Assembly (NCBI RefSeq): GCF_009914755.1
Contig: NC_060939.1
Source of the DNA: the human T2T-CHM13v2.0 reference genome, Homo sapiens
Length of the DNA stretch: 64,000 nucleotides
Reading direction: 5' to 3' (one strand)
Shown: positions 1-18,864 of the stretch, piece after piece
Layout: every line of letters starts with the position of its first letter
Position numbering within the stretch: position 1 is the stretch's first letter
Program-made: the position numbers and the translations under genes
Notes under the pieces: model-generated
Told to the model about the DNA's origin: nothing
The model's database searches: none
What the model saw: the letters and a program-made list of their open reading frames with translations, nothing else

Positions 1-897
1 ATTTTCAAGTCATGAACTTCTGCTTCAATTAAAAAAAAAACCTCACCATTTCTATGAAATTGTTTTGTTCATATTTTATTTTATTTACTGTATAATTCAG
101 TATGGAATATATAATATTATAAAATATGTAATAATAATAGGATAAAAAATAAGATATAAAAAGTAAGGGGTGTCAGTTTAGAAAATTATACTTGCTGATA
201 CGGTGAAGTAACTCTGACCAAACTAACCTTCCAGCAATAAAAACAAAATTGGAAAACTGGATAAAATATACATGGTAACGTATGTTAGGTCAGCTTTGTC
301 TGTCTTCAAACAACTATAAATATTGTTCTACCCTTGTTATTTATTCTTTTTCATTTTGTTTTGCTCAATTTTTTTCTTATACACCATTTATTTGAGTAAG
401 TTTTGAAAATATCTGTTCTTCATTTTTGCTGTTTCTAGTGTGGTATATATTTCTCAGATAAAATATATTTATTTTCTCTTTTATCTTTTACTAAACTCAC
501 ACTACATATATTTCATTTATCTTATATCTGCTTTAAAACCTATTTATGTCTTTTTAGGTCACTTACATCAGAGGAGTTGTATTGGTGAGGGTAGGGGAGT
601 TTGATTTAATGAAACTGCATTAAAAATTTGTATTCACTTTGTGACTCAATGATAGTCAATGTGGCATGTAATTTTTTTCTGTCTTTTAATGTTATATTGT
701 CTTTGTTGCTTTTCTCTAACATCAAATATATGTTACACAGGCACAGTGCTGGTATCTTTTCTTTTATTATCTTTGAATGGGACTCATTATTGTCTGAGCT
801 ATTTATTAAAATGGTGAAGGAAAAGATCAGTAAAGTAAATTATGTCAATAGGCAGTATCAATTTAGATCTGTTTTCCAAGAATATTTTCTTAGCAAC

Positions 898-1657
898 TGT
901 GGTGTTATGATATATATTGGTTTTCATCCACAGTTCCTGGCTTATAACTCCCCTAGCCCTTGTACAGTCTTTTGTTATAATATTGGGTGTGTTAGGCCTT
1001 AGGATCAGGCCTCTCACCTTCCCATGGCCTTTTTTCATTTTTATGTTCCTGCCTTTCTGGTTGTGGGTCTTAAGACCATCTCAGGAGAGAGTCCCACCCT
1101 ATACCCTGGAGGGAGGAATGCTGATATCATGAAACTTCCATGAAAATCCAGGAGGACAGTGTTCAGTGAGCTTCTGGATAGCTGAACACATGGATGTTCC
1201 TGGATGGTGGCCCTCCCAGGGATGGCATGGAAGCTCTGCTCCCTTCCTCCATGCATTGCTCTAAGTGTCTCTTCGTCTATATCCTTTGCAATATCCTTTA
1301 TAATACACTCAGTGTTTCCCTGAGTTCTGTGAGCCACTCCAACAAATTAATCAAACCCAAAGAGGGGGTCATGAGAACCCAACTTGAAGCCAGTAGGTCA
1401 GAAGTTCAGAGGCCTGGACTTGTGGCTGGTAGGTTGAGGGTGGGCAGTCTTGGGGACTGACCTGTGAGATGTGACACTACCTCCAGGTAGACAGTGTAGT
1501 GTCCGAACTGAATTAGAGGCCACTCAGCTGGTGTCTGCTCCTTGGTGTATGTATGGAGGAAAAAACCTGCACATTTGGTCACAGAAGTCTTCTGTGTTGC
1601 TGATTGATCTTTGTGGTGTGAGACTAGAGGAAAAACACAGAGAGTTTTCTCTACACA
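898..1657 (+). mobile_element. Solo LTR, MER21-like (ERVL class)
   Basis: TG...CA termini; perfect 5-bp TSD GCAAC (893-897 / 1658-1662); MER21-type ends. Confidence 0.85.
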
Positions 1658-3019
1658 GCAACTATATAATCTGTGGGAACATCTCTTTTTACACCTAGCC
1701 CTACATCTGTCTGGCTACAGTCATTTATCTGGCCTTGGGAAATGTGACCACAGAATCAGATATACACATGAGATTAAATAATACACGTGTATGTCATTTA
1801 AATATCCAGAAAAATTATGACTTCACCAGGTATGAAGAATATAAAAAGAACTCTGTCAAGAGTCATACAGTAAATAGATTTTTGAATTTAATCTAGTACC
1901 TAAACAATCAGAGTAGGGAGGTTAGATATTAAAATCAGGCTAAAGAAATAGGCAACATGGATCTAGAAAACATGGATTGCATGGCCATCTCGCTTAGAGT
2001 TCATGGGCTTGGAATCTCTATTAACATAACTTTTACAACTTTAGAATTTGTTCTCATATTAATGAGGGAAAAACAAACAATTACCCTGAGTATCTGAAGC
2101 TCCAGATCTCATTTTCCAGTCAAAATCTCTGATAGGTAAACAACCTGAAAAAGTAGCCACAACTCACTGAGGTGATAACCCCATTTGCTTAAGAGAATGT
2201 AATTGTTTTTATGATTTTTTTATCCCAGGGAAACATTGAAAAAAATTTAGAGATGATGAAATATATGAAAACTATAATATTTATACTTTAGAGATGTGAT
2301 ATTTATTCATAATTGTATTAGTATTTAAATATAGATTAGCATTTTACATTCCAATTTTAAATGTGTAACAGAATAATTTAGATATTGTTTTTTTTGAGTT
2401 GAAATTATAAGCGGTTTTACCGCGTTGCCAGTAGTGGTTTAACATTTAAGATAATTTAAGAGTCAGGATTTTGTGAGTTTAATTTATTAGCTCTATAAGG
2501 GTTGTTTAAGTACTCTGGAAGGTTTTATTTGTTAGTCCTATAATTAAAATGTTCACAAAGATAATTGAACCTATTAAATTTATAAATGTAGTTTAAAATC
2601 TTTAAGGGAGTTTAATTAACTAAGTTGTAAATGGAAGCAAACATTAATCAAAGTCCCCCTTAAAAATAATTTTTATTGTACTAGATTTATAAATAGAACA
2701 ATAAGATTTCTAATTTGAACTCAAAAATTTTAAAAATTGGTTAAATATTTAACATAAGATGCTGCACATTAATTCAAAATATGAAACCTTGTAAATAGTT
2801 CTTTTTACATCCAAGAATCACATTGATGCCCACTGGTAACCACTATGAAACTCTTTAAGCGATAGGTCCTGTATGAATTTTACTCCTCATGATTTGAAGA
2901 TTATGCATAAATTCCTTCTTCTTGTTATTTTGTTTCCAATTTAGTCTTTACATAGACAATTCAATTTTGTCTTTACATAGACAAAACTCCTATAACAGAA
3001 AAACTTAAAACAAAGAGGG

Positions 3020-3188
3020 TGCGTTCCTTCGCTTGCTTTCTGAGGACGCCCTACTCCAAAAGGCAGTAGCTTTCAATAAACTATCTCTTCTTCTCATTGT
3101 ACTCTGTGACTCACCTTGAATTCTTTCCTGTGTGAGGCCAAAGAACCCTCTCTTGAAGTCTGGATTGGGACCCCTTTTTCCAGTAACA
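3020..3188 (+). mobile_element. 3' fragment of an ERV1 (MER4-group) LTR
   Basis: AATAAA followed by gaattctttcctg...gtctggattgggacccc...cagtaaca, a typical U5 end. Confidence 0.6.
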
Positions 3189-3800
3189 CTAGTACTGTTA
3201 TAATTAGGTAAATGTTACTCATACCTGAAACATGGAGCTTAAATGATTGAATTTCATTTCTACACAACATTTTTTTCCCTTAAACTGACAATTTTTTAAA
3301 ATTTTTGTTTTGTTTGGTTTTCTATGTACATATCAAAGTACCAACTGCAAACTCTACCCCAGTTTTCTAATGAGTCTCATAATGCATTCAGAAGCATTAA
3401 ACATTTTATCAGATTTATCTTTTTGAATTTTTTTTCTAGATACCTCTAATTTACACAGGTTGCTGTGTACACATACCGTACATCTAACAACCAGGAGATT
3501 CCCTGTACTTTATACCTACTCTTTCCTCATTTACTTCCTCATTTTAGTGAAACTCTTCTCCAGTAAATTCCTGAGATAGGATGTATTGGATGTAGAGTTT
3601 TAGAATCTTGCCATGCTGTAAATGCTTATTATTGTTTCCTCCTATCTGATTTATAGTTTGGTTGGGCATACTATTCTGCATTAGAAATAATTTTTTTTGC
3701 AATTTATAAGGCTTTGCTTGTCTTCTAGTGACCATTTTTATTTCTCTTCTCTGGAAATTTGAAGTTTCTTCCTTTTTTTCTTTTTTTCCAGGGTGTGCTG

Positions 3801-3805
<5 letters not shown>

Positions 3806-3850
<45 letters not shown>
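3806..3850. repeat. (TG)22 microsatellite
   Basis: Direct reading. Confidence 0.98.
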
Positions 3851-3851
<1 letters not shown>

Positions 3852-5696
3852 GATCTAGGTCTATTTTCACCACTGGCTTGAATTCTGTTGGACACATTCA
3901 ATCTAAAATTCATACACTTTAACTCTTACCCATTTCAAAAATTATTTATATATGTCATACTTCATTGTAATTTTTTCTTTTCCCAAATGCCTGTATTTTG
4001 TTGCTGGCCCTATAGGACCAATTATTTAATTCATTAAACTGCCCCTTCCTCATTCCCAACTCGTTTACACTAACTTTTCCAGGGGATGCCGTCAGCTTTA
4101 CCTTCCAAATCTCCCACTAAGTTATACATTTCTGCAATAAATTTCTTAATTTTTAAGAATTCTATTTTTTGAATATCCATTTTTTTATCACACCTTGTTC
4201 TTGTTGTATTACCTTATCTTCCCTCTCTGAGGAAATTAATAATTACATTTTTCCCACACTGTATAGACTCTGTTTACTTCCAGTTGTTTGGTTTATTTTT
4301 TGTTTCTGTGTTTGTTATTGGATGTACCTAGAATCTTGTGATTGTTGGTTACCTGTTTGTGTTCAAGAGCAATACAATAAACGTTTACGGTAAGCTTCAG
4401 GTTCTTAGGTAATAATTCTCAACTGTGGCTTCCAGACAGGGCAATCAGGTCAAGAAGTTTTCCCAGAAAAGCCCCTCATGGCATATCCATTCGTCTATTC
4501 CTTTGGGCTGATCATGATCTTCCAACTAGAGTCTTCCAGTCTTCTCTGAGGATATAAGACTAATAGACTGTTATGTTTTGAATCTAGATAGAGGTGAAAA
4601 TTGGGGAGATTTAGCTTTCAGTAGTTACTGTTCATTTTGGCCCCCTAATTTATGTATGACCAATGAAGATGATATTGCCAGTACTAAGATTCCCTGGTAC
4701 CTCTCTAGACGGCAAATTTCTACTTTTCCACCAGCAGAACCTAGAGGCATTCACGAGGCTTGATGGAGTGGGCATTGGGAACAGTCTTCCAACCAGTCTT
4801 CCTGGGTTTTAGCCCTACCTTTACTTCTACTTTCAGAGGTATCCCATGCAACCAATTTATGAACATTTTGCAGAATCAGATTTCCCCGCTGCTTACAATT
4901 TTGTACTTTTTGGTAAGCTAAGTCAGTTACCAGCCATTCATGGACTTCCTATTTTCAAAAATGTTGCTGTTTTCCTTTTATATCACTTCAATAAGCCATT
5001 TGCCATCATGTTATAGTTTCAGGTGGGAAAATAAGTCTCTGTATGTGTTTCACTTGCCATATTTGCTCAGGTGTCTGCATCTACTCTCACCGCATTTTGA
5101 AGAGAGGTTAAATTGTTATGTCACTAACAACTAGTCTTCAAAGTTTGGTTTAGAATTTTTAATGGTGTTTACTTTTAACAAAATTAGTGGAGTTTTTTTC
5201 TTTGTACATTGATTTTTCTTTTGGTTTTCAGTTGTTTTAAGAAATAAACGGAGGGAGAGATATGCTTCCTTTGCTCCCATTAACCAAAAGAATAGTTTGA
5301 ACAACACAGGAATTAACTTTTCCATTAAGTTTAAGAGGACCTGCTTGAGACACAGCTGGGCCTTGAGCTTTTAAAGGTCCTATAACTTTATACCTGTTTC
5401 ATTTTTTTCTATTGTTGGTATCTTCAAATGTTCTGATTTCCCTAGATTTATTTTTATAGTTTAATTTTCCGTAAAAAATTAACCTCTTCATATATATTTT
5501 CAAATATAATGACCAAAAGGTACATACTGCATTCTTTAGAAACTTTTCAATTATCCAGTTTTCCATTTTTCTTGTTGTATTTTAATATGCTCTCACTTTT
5601 TTGTCATCTAATTTATTTGTCTTTTCAAAGAAACAATTTTTTGGATTTATTGAAAAATTCCATTGCTGTTGGGATGGGAGAAGATTAAATCCTTTA

Positions 5697-6008
<312 letters not shown>

Positions 6009-6121
6009 TCTTTAAATAATAGTACATTGTTTTGCAGATTATAAGATCAATAGATATTTATTGTAAAATGCACAAATAGTGCAACCTTTCTTAAAGTACA
6101 CAGTGAAATACTTCATGTTGC

Positions 6122-6330
6122 CATGTTTCTCCAAGAGGTACTATTGGGCCTTCATACTAAACAATTCTTCCTTATATAGGACTGTTTGTCTCAATGCACT
6201 GTTTAACCCAATGCTTGCTGCATGTGATCTCTACCCTCTAGTTGGTAAATGCTTGTCATGTCCCCATCATTGATACAACCAAAAATAACCTACATTTCCA
6301 AAATTACTCCAGAGGAATGGTCCTGAGAAA
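6122..6330 (-). mobile_element. hAT-Charlie MITE remnant (MER20-like)
   Basis: tctaccctctag...acaaccaaaaat...catttccaaa motif. Confidence 0.4.
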
Positions 6331-6849
6331 GAGTCGAAAGTTCTCAACTCCTCAGATTAGATCTCTATTAAATAATTGAACAAGTGTGCTAATATTTGTA
6401 AAGCTGTTCATTATACAAGTTTATAAAAAAATGCAAAGATGGTAATGTCTTAAATTTTCAATAGATATGTTTTATAAAAATAATGGTAAAAATTAACATT
6501 TTACCATCATTTTAAATGATGGCAACATGTCCAATGTATTTTTGTATGAAATATCAGGTAACTACAAATCATAATTAGCATAATCCAATTTTTTAAAAAG
6601 GTACACATATGCCTTTTATGAGTGAAAGTATTTGAGTTCTAATTAAATTTTTGTTGGTGGATTTCTAAGGAATAGAAGAAATGGTGAGGCAAGTGGGATT
6701 GTAGAGAGAGGGAGATTTTAATTTACATTTAATTCACTCCTGGAGTGTTTGAGTTTTTGTAATAAAACATTATAAAATGTTATATCATTTACAGTATGAT
6801 CACTTATAAACTTTCATTTCAATTAAAAGGAAAATTTTAAAAAGAGGAC

Positions 6850-8528
6850 TACCAAATTACTACTGCAGCCATCATAGTTTCATAAATGACTTTTTCCTTC
6901 CTTCATGTTGTGTTAATGGGTGCCTACTAGGTCAAGACCCAGATTTGACACTGTGTACAGTCAGGATATAAGTATCAAAACAGAAGATTTCCTATCTGGG
7001 TACCCTAGCTTCCCGTTTCCTGAGCAAGCTGGGAAGCCATAGGGTCCAACTCTGTCTATATGTACTAATGAAACAGAGATACTTTTGTCAAAGAATATTC
7101 TTCTTGATGGTAAAAATATTAGCTAACATTTGTTAGCTGACAAAAATGAAGTATATTAAATATGCTAAGGGAAACTGTGGTTCAAGTGATAGAGATTTTT
7201 AATTCTTTTTGAGATCATGTAATTATACCCATGATACAAGGTAAGTTTGATTCAGAATAATTTCTGCCAAAATAAAGGATGCTGTTGATGGCCTGCTCAT
7301 CCCCTGCCTATTGACTGTTATTCTCAAACTAAAACAAAATTAATTTTTAAATAACAGGATAAGAAATATGAATAAGCTCTGCCTTTTGTGGGACAGGTTG
7401 AAAGTACTGAAGAAATTCAGAAAGGACATAGTCAGGAATAGATAAGAAAAGAAAAATATATATTATTTTGGCCATTGATATGGTTTGGCTCTGCGTGCCC
7501 ACCCAAATCTCATCTCGAATTGTAATCCCCACATGTAAAGGAAGGAACCTGGTGGGAGGTGATTGGATCATGGGAGCAGCTTCCCCCATGCTGTTCTCAT
7601 AATAATGAGTAAGTTCTTCCTCCTTCATGTGCTTACTTTCTCCCTTGCCGTCGCCATATAAGACATGTCTGCTTCCCCTCCCACCATCATTGTAAGTTTC
7701 CTGAGGCCTCTCCAGCATGCAGAACTGTGAGTCAATTAAACCTTTTTCCTTTATAAATTACCCAGTCTCAGGAAAGTCTTTTATGGTAGTGTGAAAACAG
7801 ACTAATACAGCCATGAAAAATGAATAATGGTTAAATAGCAGGAAGAAGAAAGAACATTCTTGTCCTAGAGAGTACAAAAGGAAAGCCATGGGGTTGGACC
7901 AAAGAAGAATACAAAGGAAGAGGAGAGAAGAGTTACTCATTGTGCTCAGGAGCTGAATTGGGAAATTTTTTACAAAACCAAGAAATACCAAACTTAGTGA
8001 ACTATTGTGGTACCAGTGAATAAAGAAATATTAAAGTGATGAAAAATAATTTAAGTAAATATAATGAGAAGAAAAGAATATCTGTATATTTTTCATCAAA
8101 GGATGTAATGATTAAAGTTACATTATAAATCATTCTATCTATGGAATTATGGATTGAAAAGAATAAAAGTCAGACAAACTATAAACTTCTCTCATTCTTT
8201 ATTTTGGAACTTAAAGAACTTGTGTATCTAAGTTAATCAGATATTTTTATGTTATTTTTACAAAAGTACCTATGCATTAATTTAGAAAGATTTTTATTGC
8301 TTGTTTTCTATAAAAATAAAGTGTAAGATTTTACTACTTCAGATAACATTTGTTATAAGTCAATCTATGTCTTCCAAGAAAATCTCTTGGTCAGGGCTCA
8401 CACTTCACCATGTTTCAGGTTTGATTTCTTTTCAGAGAGGTAAGATTTGTTACTGTGTCCCCTTAAATTGAAATAGATGTAATTAATGTGGCTATAGTGA
8501 GAGTCATCTTCAATATGGTAATTGTGTT
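6850..8528 (-). pseudogene. Dynein-like C-terminal domain pseudo-exons (8402-8528; ~7230-7864 split by an LTR; ~6850-7136)
   Basis: TSISI*GDTVT (cf. 'AIKGLVVMS'); FFMAKIIYIFLFLSIPDYVLSEFLQYF (cf. '[21 protein letters not shown]'); LIFLPSRR..ISVSLVHIDRVG (cf. 'VIWLKPVK..YECPVYKTSERRG'). Confidence 0.6.
7476..7809 (+). mobile_element. Solo MaLR LTR (THE1D/MSTA-like)
   Basis: tgatatggtttggctctg...gactaataca; perfect TSD GCCAT (7471-7475 / 7810-7814). Confidence 0.92.
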
Positions 8529-8976
8529 CTGAAACATTCATCTTAAAATGAAATATTTTCTCCTCTAACTGGAATCTTTCATTTACAATTAACTTAAACT
8601 TTTAGTCTTTACACTGGAGACTCTTCTTTAAAGAAGATGTGACTATTATGTTCTCATAGAAGCTAGACTCTTGGAGAAGACAGAAACTGCAATGGCAAGA
8701 AGATTAATATGGGTCCTAGAGTCTAGAAAGTTGTCTAGAGACTATTTTAAATGGTTACTGCAAGAAAGCTCAAAAAGAGAATAATCATTCAGAGTAGGAA
8801 GAGATAGAAACTCTTAAACAAAATAACAATACCATGTATAGTCAGAGGAAGAGATTTTGCCCGTATTATTCTGGGGAAAGAAAGAAAATATTTTTGTATA
8901 ACATCATAGAAATGTAAATGGAGATGTTTTAACTTCTCCAATGGGTAGTTTTAGAAAAATTTTAATAATTGAAAAG

Positions 8977-9273
8977 TTTTTTTTTTTTTTGAGATGGAGT
9001 CTTGCTCTGTTGCCCAGGCTAGAGTGCAGTGGCACCATCTCGGCTCACTGCAAGCCACCTCCCGGGTTCATGCCATTCTCCTGCCTCAGCCTCCCGAGTA
9101 GCGGGACTACAGGTGTCCGCCACCATGTCCGGCTAATTTTTTTTTTTGTATTTTTATTAGAAACGGGGTTTCACTGTGCTAGCCAGGATGGTCTCAATCT
9201 TCTGACCTCGTGATCCGCCTGCCTCGGCCTCCCAAAGTGCTGGGATTACAGGCGCGAGCCACCGTGCCCAGCC
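8977..9273 (-). mobile_element. AluY-like
   Basis: AluY-type positions (gccattctcc, ccaggatggtctc, acctcgtgatcc); no TSD seen. Confidence 0.92.
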
Positions 9274-9539
9274 AAGATTATTGTTTTAAAGTGTGAAAAT
9301 TAATATTGAATTATTGTGTTTATATAATCTGGTGTCCTATAATTTCTGTTTGGAATATAAAATCAGCAACTAATATGTATTTTTCAATACATTATAAATA
9401 AAGAGTGCTAAGTAAGTGACTTCAGTGTGAAATGTAGTCATATAAAGAATATAATAATTCTACTGGATTCTTTTTAAATGGACTGTATAACATTATATTA
9501 AAAGGTTTCCCCAGTAATTCATTATATCAAAATGGTCCA

Positions 9540-9840
9540 GGCCAGGTGTGGTGGCCTACGCCTGTAATTCCAGCACTTTGGGAGGCCAAGGGCACGGATC
9601 ACTTGTGGTCAGGAGTTCGAGACCAGCCTGGCCAACATGGTGAAACCCCGTCTCTAATAAAAATACAAAAAATTAGCTGGGTGTGGTGGTGGGCAACTGT
9701 AATCTCAGCTAATCAGGAGGCTGAGGCAGGAGAATTGCTTGAACTTGGAAGGCAGAGGTTGCAGTGTGCCAAGATCATGCCACCCCACTCCGGCCTGGCC
9801 TGGGTGATAGAGCAAGACTCAGTCTCGAGGAAAAAAAAAA
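9540..9840 (+). mobile_element. AluS
   Basis: Full dimer with A tail; no TSD seen. Confidence 0.93.
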
Positions 9841-10789
9841 GCTTGAAAAATGTTTGCTTATTTTGGTAAAATTATTCATTGACTATGCTCAGAAATCAAG
9901 CAAACTGTCCATATTTCATTTTTAGAAATTACATATTAAAGATCTAAAACAAAGGATAAAATATATGCAAAAATATTTGTATTTCTGTATAAATTAGTTT
10001 CCTGAGTTAACTCCTTGACTGTTGACATCGAATCTATTTTAAATTAAACAAGGTGCTGATAAAACAAAAGACAAAGAAAGAAATTCAAAATAAAATTGAA
10101 AGATGAAATCAGAGCTTATCTGAGATAAAATTTCCTCTGACAGTGTAAAAGAGATCTTCATACAAAAAGCAGAATTTATATAGTCTCTTTCCAAAAGACC
10201 ACAAAACCAATCAGTTAATAGTTGATTTTTATGTGAAAAAAAGAGAGTATAAAAGAAAAAATAATGACACCAAAATCCCTTTTAAATTCAAAGAGTCATA
10301 AAGTTTCAAAAATGTAATTTAGATAAGAAATTAATGTCAGCTACATTCCTCCACAGTAAAGGTCTGCATCAACTTTTCACCTAATAGTTTTAGCATTCAT
10401 TATAAATCTTGCTTCAACCATTATATTACTAGGTGTTATAACAGAGTACTACATTCTTTCATTTTTTTCTTCATTTATTAGCTGGAATAATTTTTAAAAG
10501 AACATTTCCTCCTAAATATGTATTGATTACACCAAAACACAGTTTGGATGGGAAAAGCAAGATAAATAGACAAATGCTTGATTTTTATTCCCTTCCCTAC
10601 TTTTCACAGTAATGAATTAGTGCTTCAACAAACTTTAATAGTGATTAAAAACTTATTTCCCATAATACAAATTTTAAATATTTGTAAGTAAATAATAAAT
10701 AATAATTTACCCAGTATTTCATGAGTACCTATAATCAGCCAGGATCCATTCTCCAACAATGTGGGGAAAGGAGCCCAGCTTAAAATTCC

Positions 10790-15724
<4,935 letters not shown>

Positions 15725-16916
15725 TTTCTGTCTGTATTTAGTTTACATTTTAGTAAGGAAAGACAAATAAGCTGATAAATGATAATGATAAATGCTGTAA
15801 GGATATGTAGAGCAATAAAAGAAGTTATGGATATGTGAGTATAATTTTAGATAGTGAAGATTTCTATATTAAAATGCCACATGGAAAAAGGACTAAGGGG
15901 AATGAGGAGATGAGTCATATGGAATGCCCAAGACACAGAACAAGGCAGGCAGAGAACGTAACAAGGATAAAGACACTGAAATGAAATCATGCTTGCTATA
16001 TTTCAAAACAACAGCAAGGACACTAGTGTGACAGAGCAGGAGTGACCAATGGGAGGTTGGAGATTTTGTCAGAGATATAGTCAAGGCTCAGGATCGTACA
16101 GGGACTTGTAAGCCTGGAAAGCACTTTCAATTTCATTCAGAATGAGATGAGAAGCCATTGAAAAGTTTTTAAGCAGATGAGTAAAATAATCCACCTTGTA
16201 TTTTAAGAGGAACGTTCTACCTGCTCTGTGGAATAGAAAGGTGGAAGGGCAAAGCTTGAAACAGAGCAGTGAAGAGTGTACTGTAATATTATGCGAGAAA
16301 TAGTGGAGGGAATGAGAGGTGGTCAGCCTTAAACTGCCATTTGCTCTCTGTATCAGGGCTCAGGGACTTTCAGACTCTCCAGGGATTCCTTACAGTTTTT
16401 ACATTTGTTTCTCAGTTGCAAACATAATCTCTTCACTCTATCAGAACTCTAGATCTGAATCCTTGTTATGAGTCAAGAGTGCACCCTAGTTTACCCTCTT
16501 GTCAGTAACTAGAGTTGAAATGTTTTGATATTAATTGATATAGTAATAAGATTGGTTAGAGAAATAGCAAAGAGAGAGCATCCCCATCCTATGACCATAT
16601 CAGCACCAGAAGAGAAAAACACATCTACAGACAGAGTTTTTCCATTGGCATAGGCCCTGGTATTCTGTTAGGGAACAGGTTATAAAGGAAATACAAAGCG
16701 TCTTTGTACTTACTTTCAGAACGTATTTTCTTTATCATGAAAAGAATCCAAGGCTTTTTTGTTTCTAATTGTTTCTTGTGTATCTACTACCATCCCTTGC
16801 TAAATTATTGATACGTTTCCTCAAATCTCGGCATGATGTCCTACATTCCAAATTTTTCAATAGCTGAAAATTTCACCTTTTCAGTGCCTTCATGTTTATC
16901 TTGGTAAAAAGTTGAG

Positions 16917-17128
16917 AAAGACTATAATAGAGTTATTTAATCAGATGTTTTTCATCTACCATAATTTTTGAATAAGGAAAAACATCAACACTTTTTCTCC
17001 TTACTTGGCAAATAATTTCCATAAAGACTGTAATAGAGTTATTTAATCAGATTTTTTTCATCTACCATAATTTTTGAATAAGGAAAAATATCAACACTTT
17101 TTCTCCTTACTTGGCAAATAATTTCCAT
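16917..17128. repeat. Tandem duplication, 2 x 106 bp
   Basis: 16917-17022 vs 17023-17128, 3 mismatches. Confidence 0.95.
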
Positions 17129-17950
17129 AGAAAGGAAAAAAACAATCAAAACAGGTACAATGTTACAAAACCAAAGGACCATGTGAGGTGAAATTTAAAA
17201 TGAGAAATTTGTCCACATTACTTTGTGCAATGCAACTCCTGGGAAATAGTAACTCAGCACCTGAGAGCTAAATAATTCTACAGGACTAAATATATATTCT
17301 GGTATTCAGGGGGGAAATGACATCATAGAGAGGTTAGGTCTATTAAAACATATTTGTAGATGTATCGGTATAAAAATTGCTTTTAGAGCTGGGAAGAGAA
17401 AAAAAAACTCATTTGTTTAACAAGTTCGTTTGGGTGCTTTTCACTAAAAGAGAAACATCATATGTTTATAACAGTGAGGATGTAAATTGCAGTACATTTC
17501 AAATTACATGAGAAACTAAAGAAAATATCTGTTTCAGGTCACTGAATAATGCATCCTTATTTAGTGTTTGTCCCTAATTTCTGTGACTTTATGAATAATT
17601 CAGAGCAATGATTTTACCTTTCTCTACAGCTGTATTTGGCAAATTTCCACATCATTTTTGTTGCAAAGATGCAGCCAAGTTCCTTAGAATAGGACTATGT
17701 TTAGAATGCATTTTTTCCATAATGAAAAATATTATGAAAGGGACAACTAAGATATAGCTTACAGGGTTCTCTATTGTGATAACTAAAACAGACTTAGCCT
17801 CAAGTAAAACTGACATCTTGATAACTGTTGGTGGTGAAGGAGAAAGAAGACAACATTGAGCCAGACTGGGGAAAGATGAATTCAAATTAGTTAGAGATTT
17901 GTCACCCAAAGCAAAACAAATTCAAGCTTGAACTGAGCTGACATTGACAG

Positions 17951-18299
17951 TTATTATGAACCGCAAATCCCTCAAATTCGTATGTTGAAATCCTAACTCT
18001 CAATGTGTTGGTATTAGGAGGTAATCTTTGGGGAGGTAATTAGGTCATGAAGATGAAGCCCCCATCAAAGGAAAGTAGTGCCCTTCTAAGAAGAGATACA
18101 AGAGAGATTTTTCTCTCCTACATGTGAGGATAAAATAAGACAGCCATCTGTAAACCAGGAAGACAGACTTCACCAAGAACCCAACCATGTTGACTCCCTG
18201 ATTTCAGATTTACAGCCTACAGATCTGTGAAAACCAAATGTTTGTTGTTTTAGCCACTCAATCTAGGTTTTCTGTTATAGCAGCCCACATTGACTAAGA
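17951..18299 (+). mobile_element. MLT1A-type MaLR LTR
   Basis: aaattcgtatgttgaaatcctaac...tgttatagcagccc..gactaaga. Confidence 0.8.
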
Positions 18300-18864
18300 A
18301 AATACTAAACCCTTTATTTGATAGATGAAGATAGTATCAGACAAGGTATCATATGAGTAAAAACCTAAGATTTATGTGTGATCATTTTACATTGGAGCAG
18401 CTACTGAAACTTGAGACCAAAACCAGTAGCTAACATCAGTATGTCAACCCAAAACATTTGGGACACTAATGAAGATACAGCAAATGAATTGTTTTAATAT
18501 ATAATCAAGGCAAAGTTATCATCAGAATTATAGAAAAAAAATCCACTAAATTTGGTTTATGAGAAATTCATGATTGATTGCATACCTTGATACTGGGTAA
18601 AGCAGCAATCCTAATTCCAGATCTACCTTCAAGTCTGAGTCAGTGTTCTCAAATGCTGCCAGTTTCATGTCAGGACTGGCTTAATATTGAAGGTAACTGA
18701 GCATTGCTAATGTCTGACTGAAGCTGAAAGAGGTCAAAAGCAGGGTTATAACTTTGGGAAAACTGACCTGGTGTTAACTTCCATCCCTTTCATTTCAAAT
18801 GGGAAGTTATCACAATTATAAGCTATTAGCAGTCTTTATCTAATAACTTGTGGATAATTCCCTC

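Noticed and set aside
3544-3913. His-Thr repeat ORFs
   Set aside because: They are translations of the (TG)n microsatellite.
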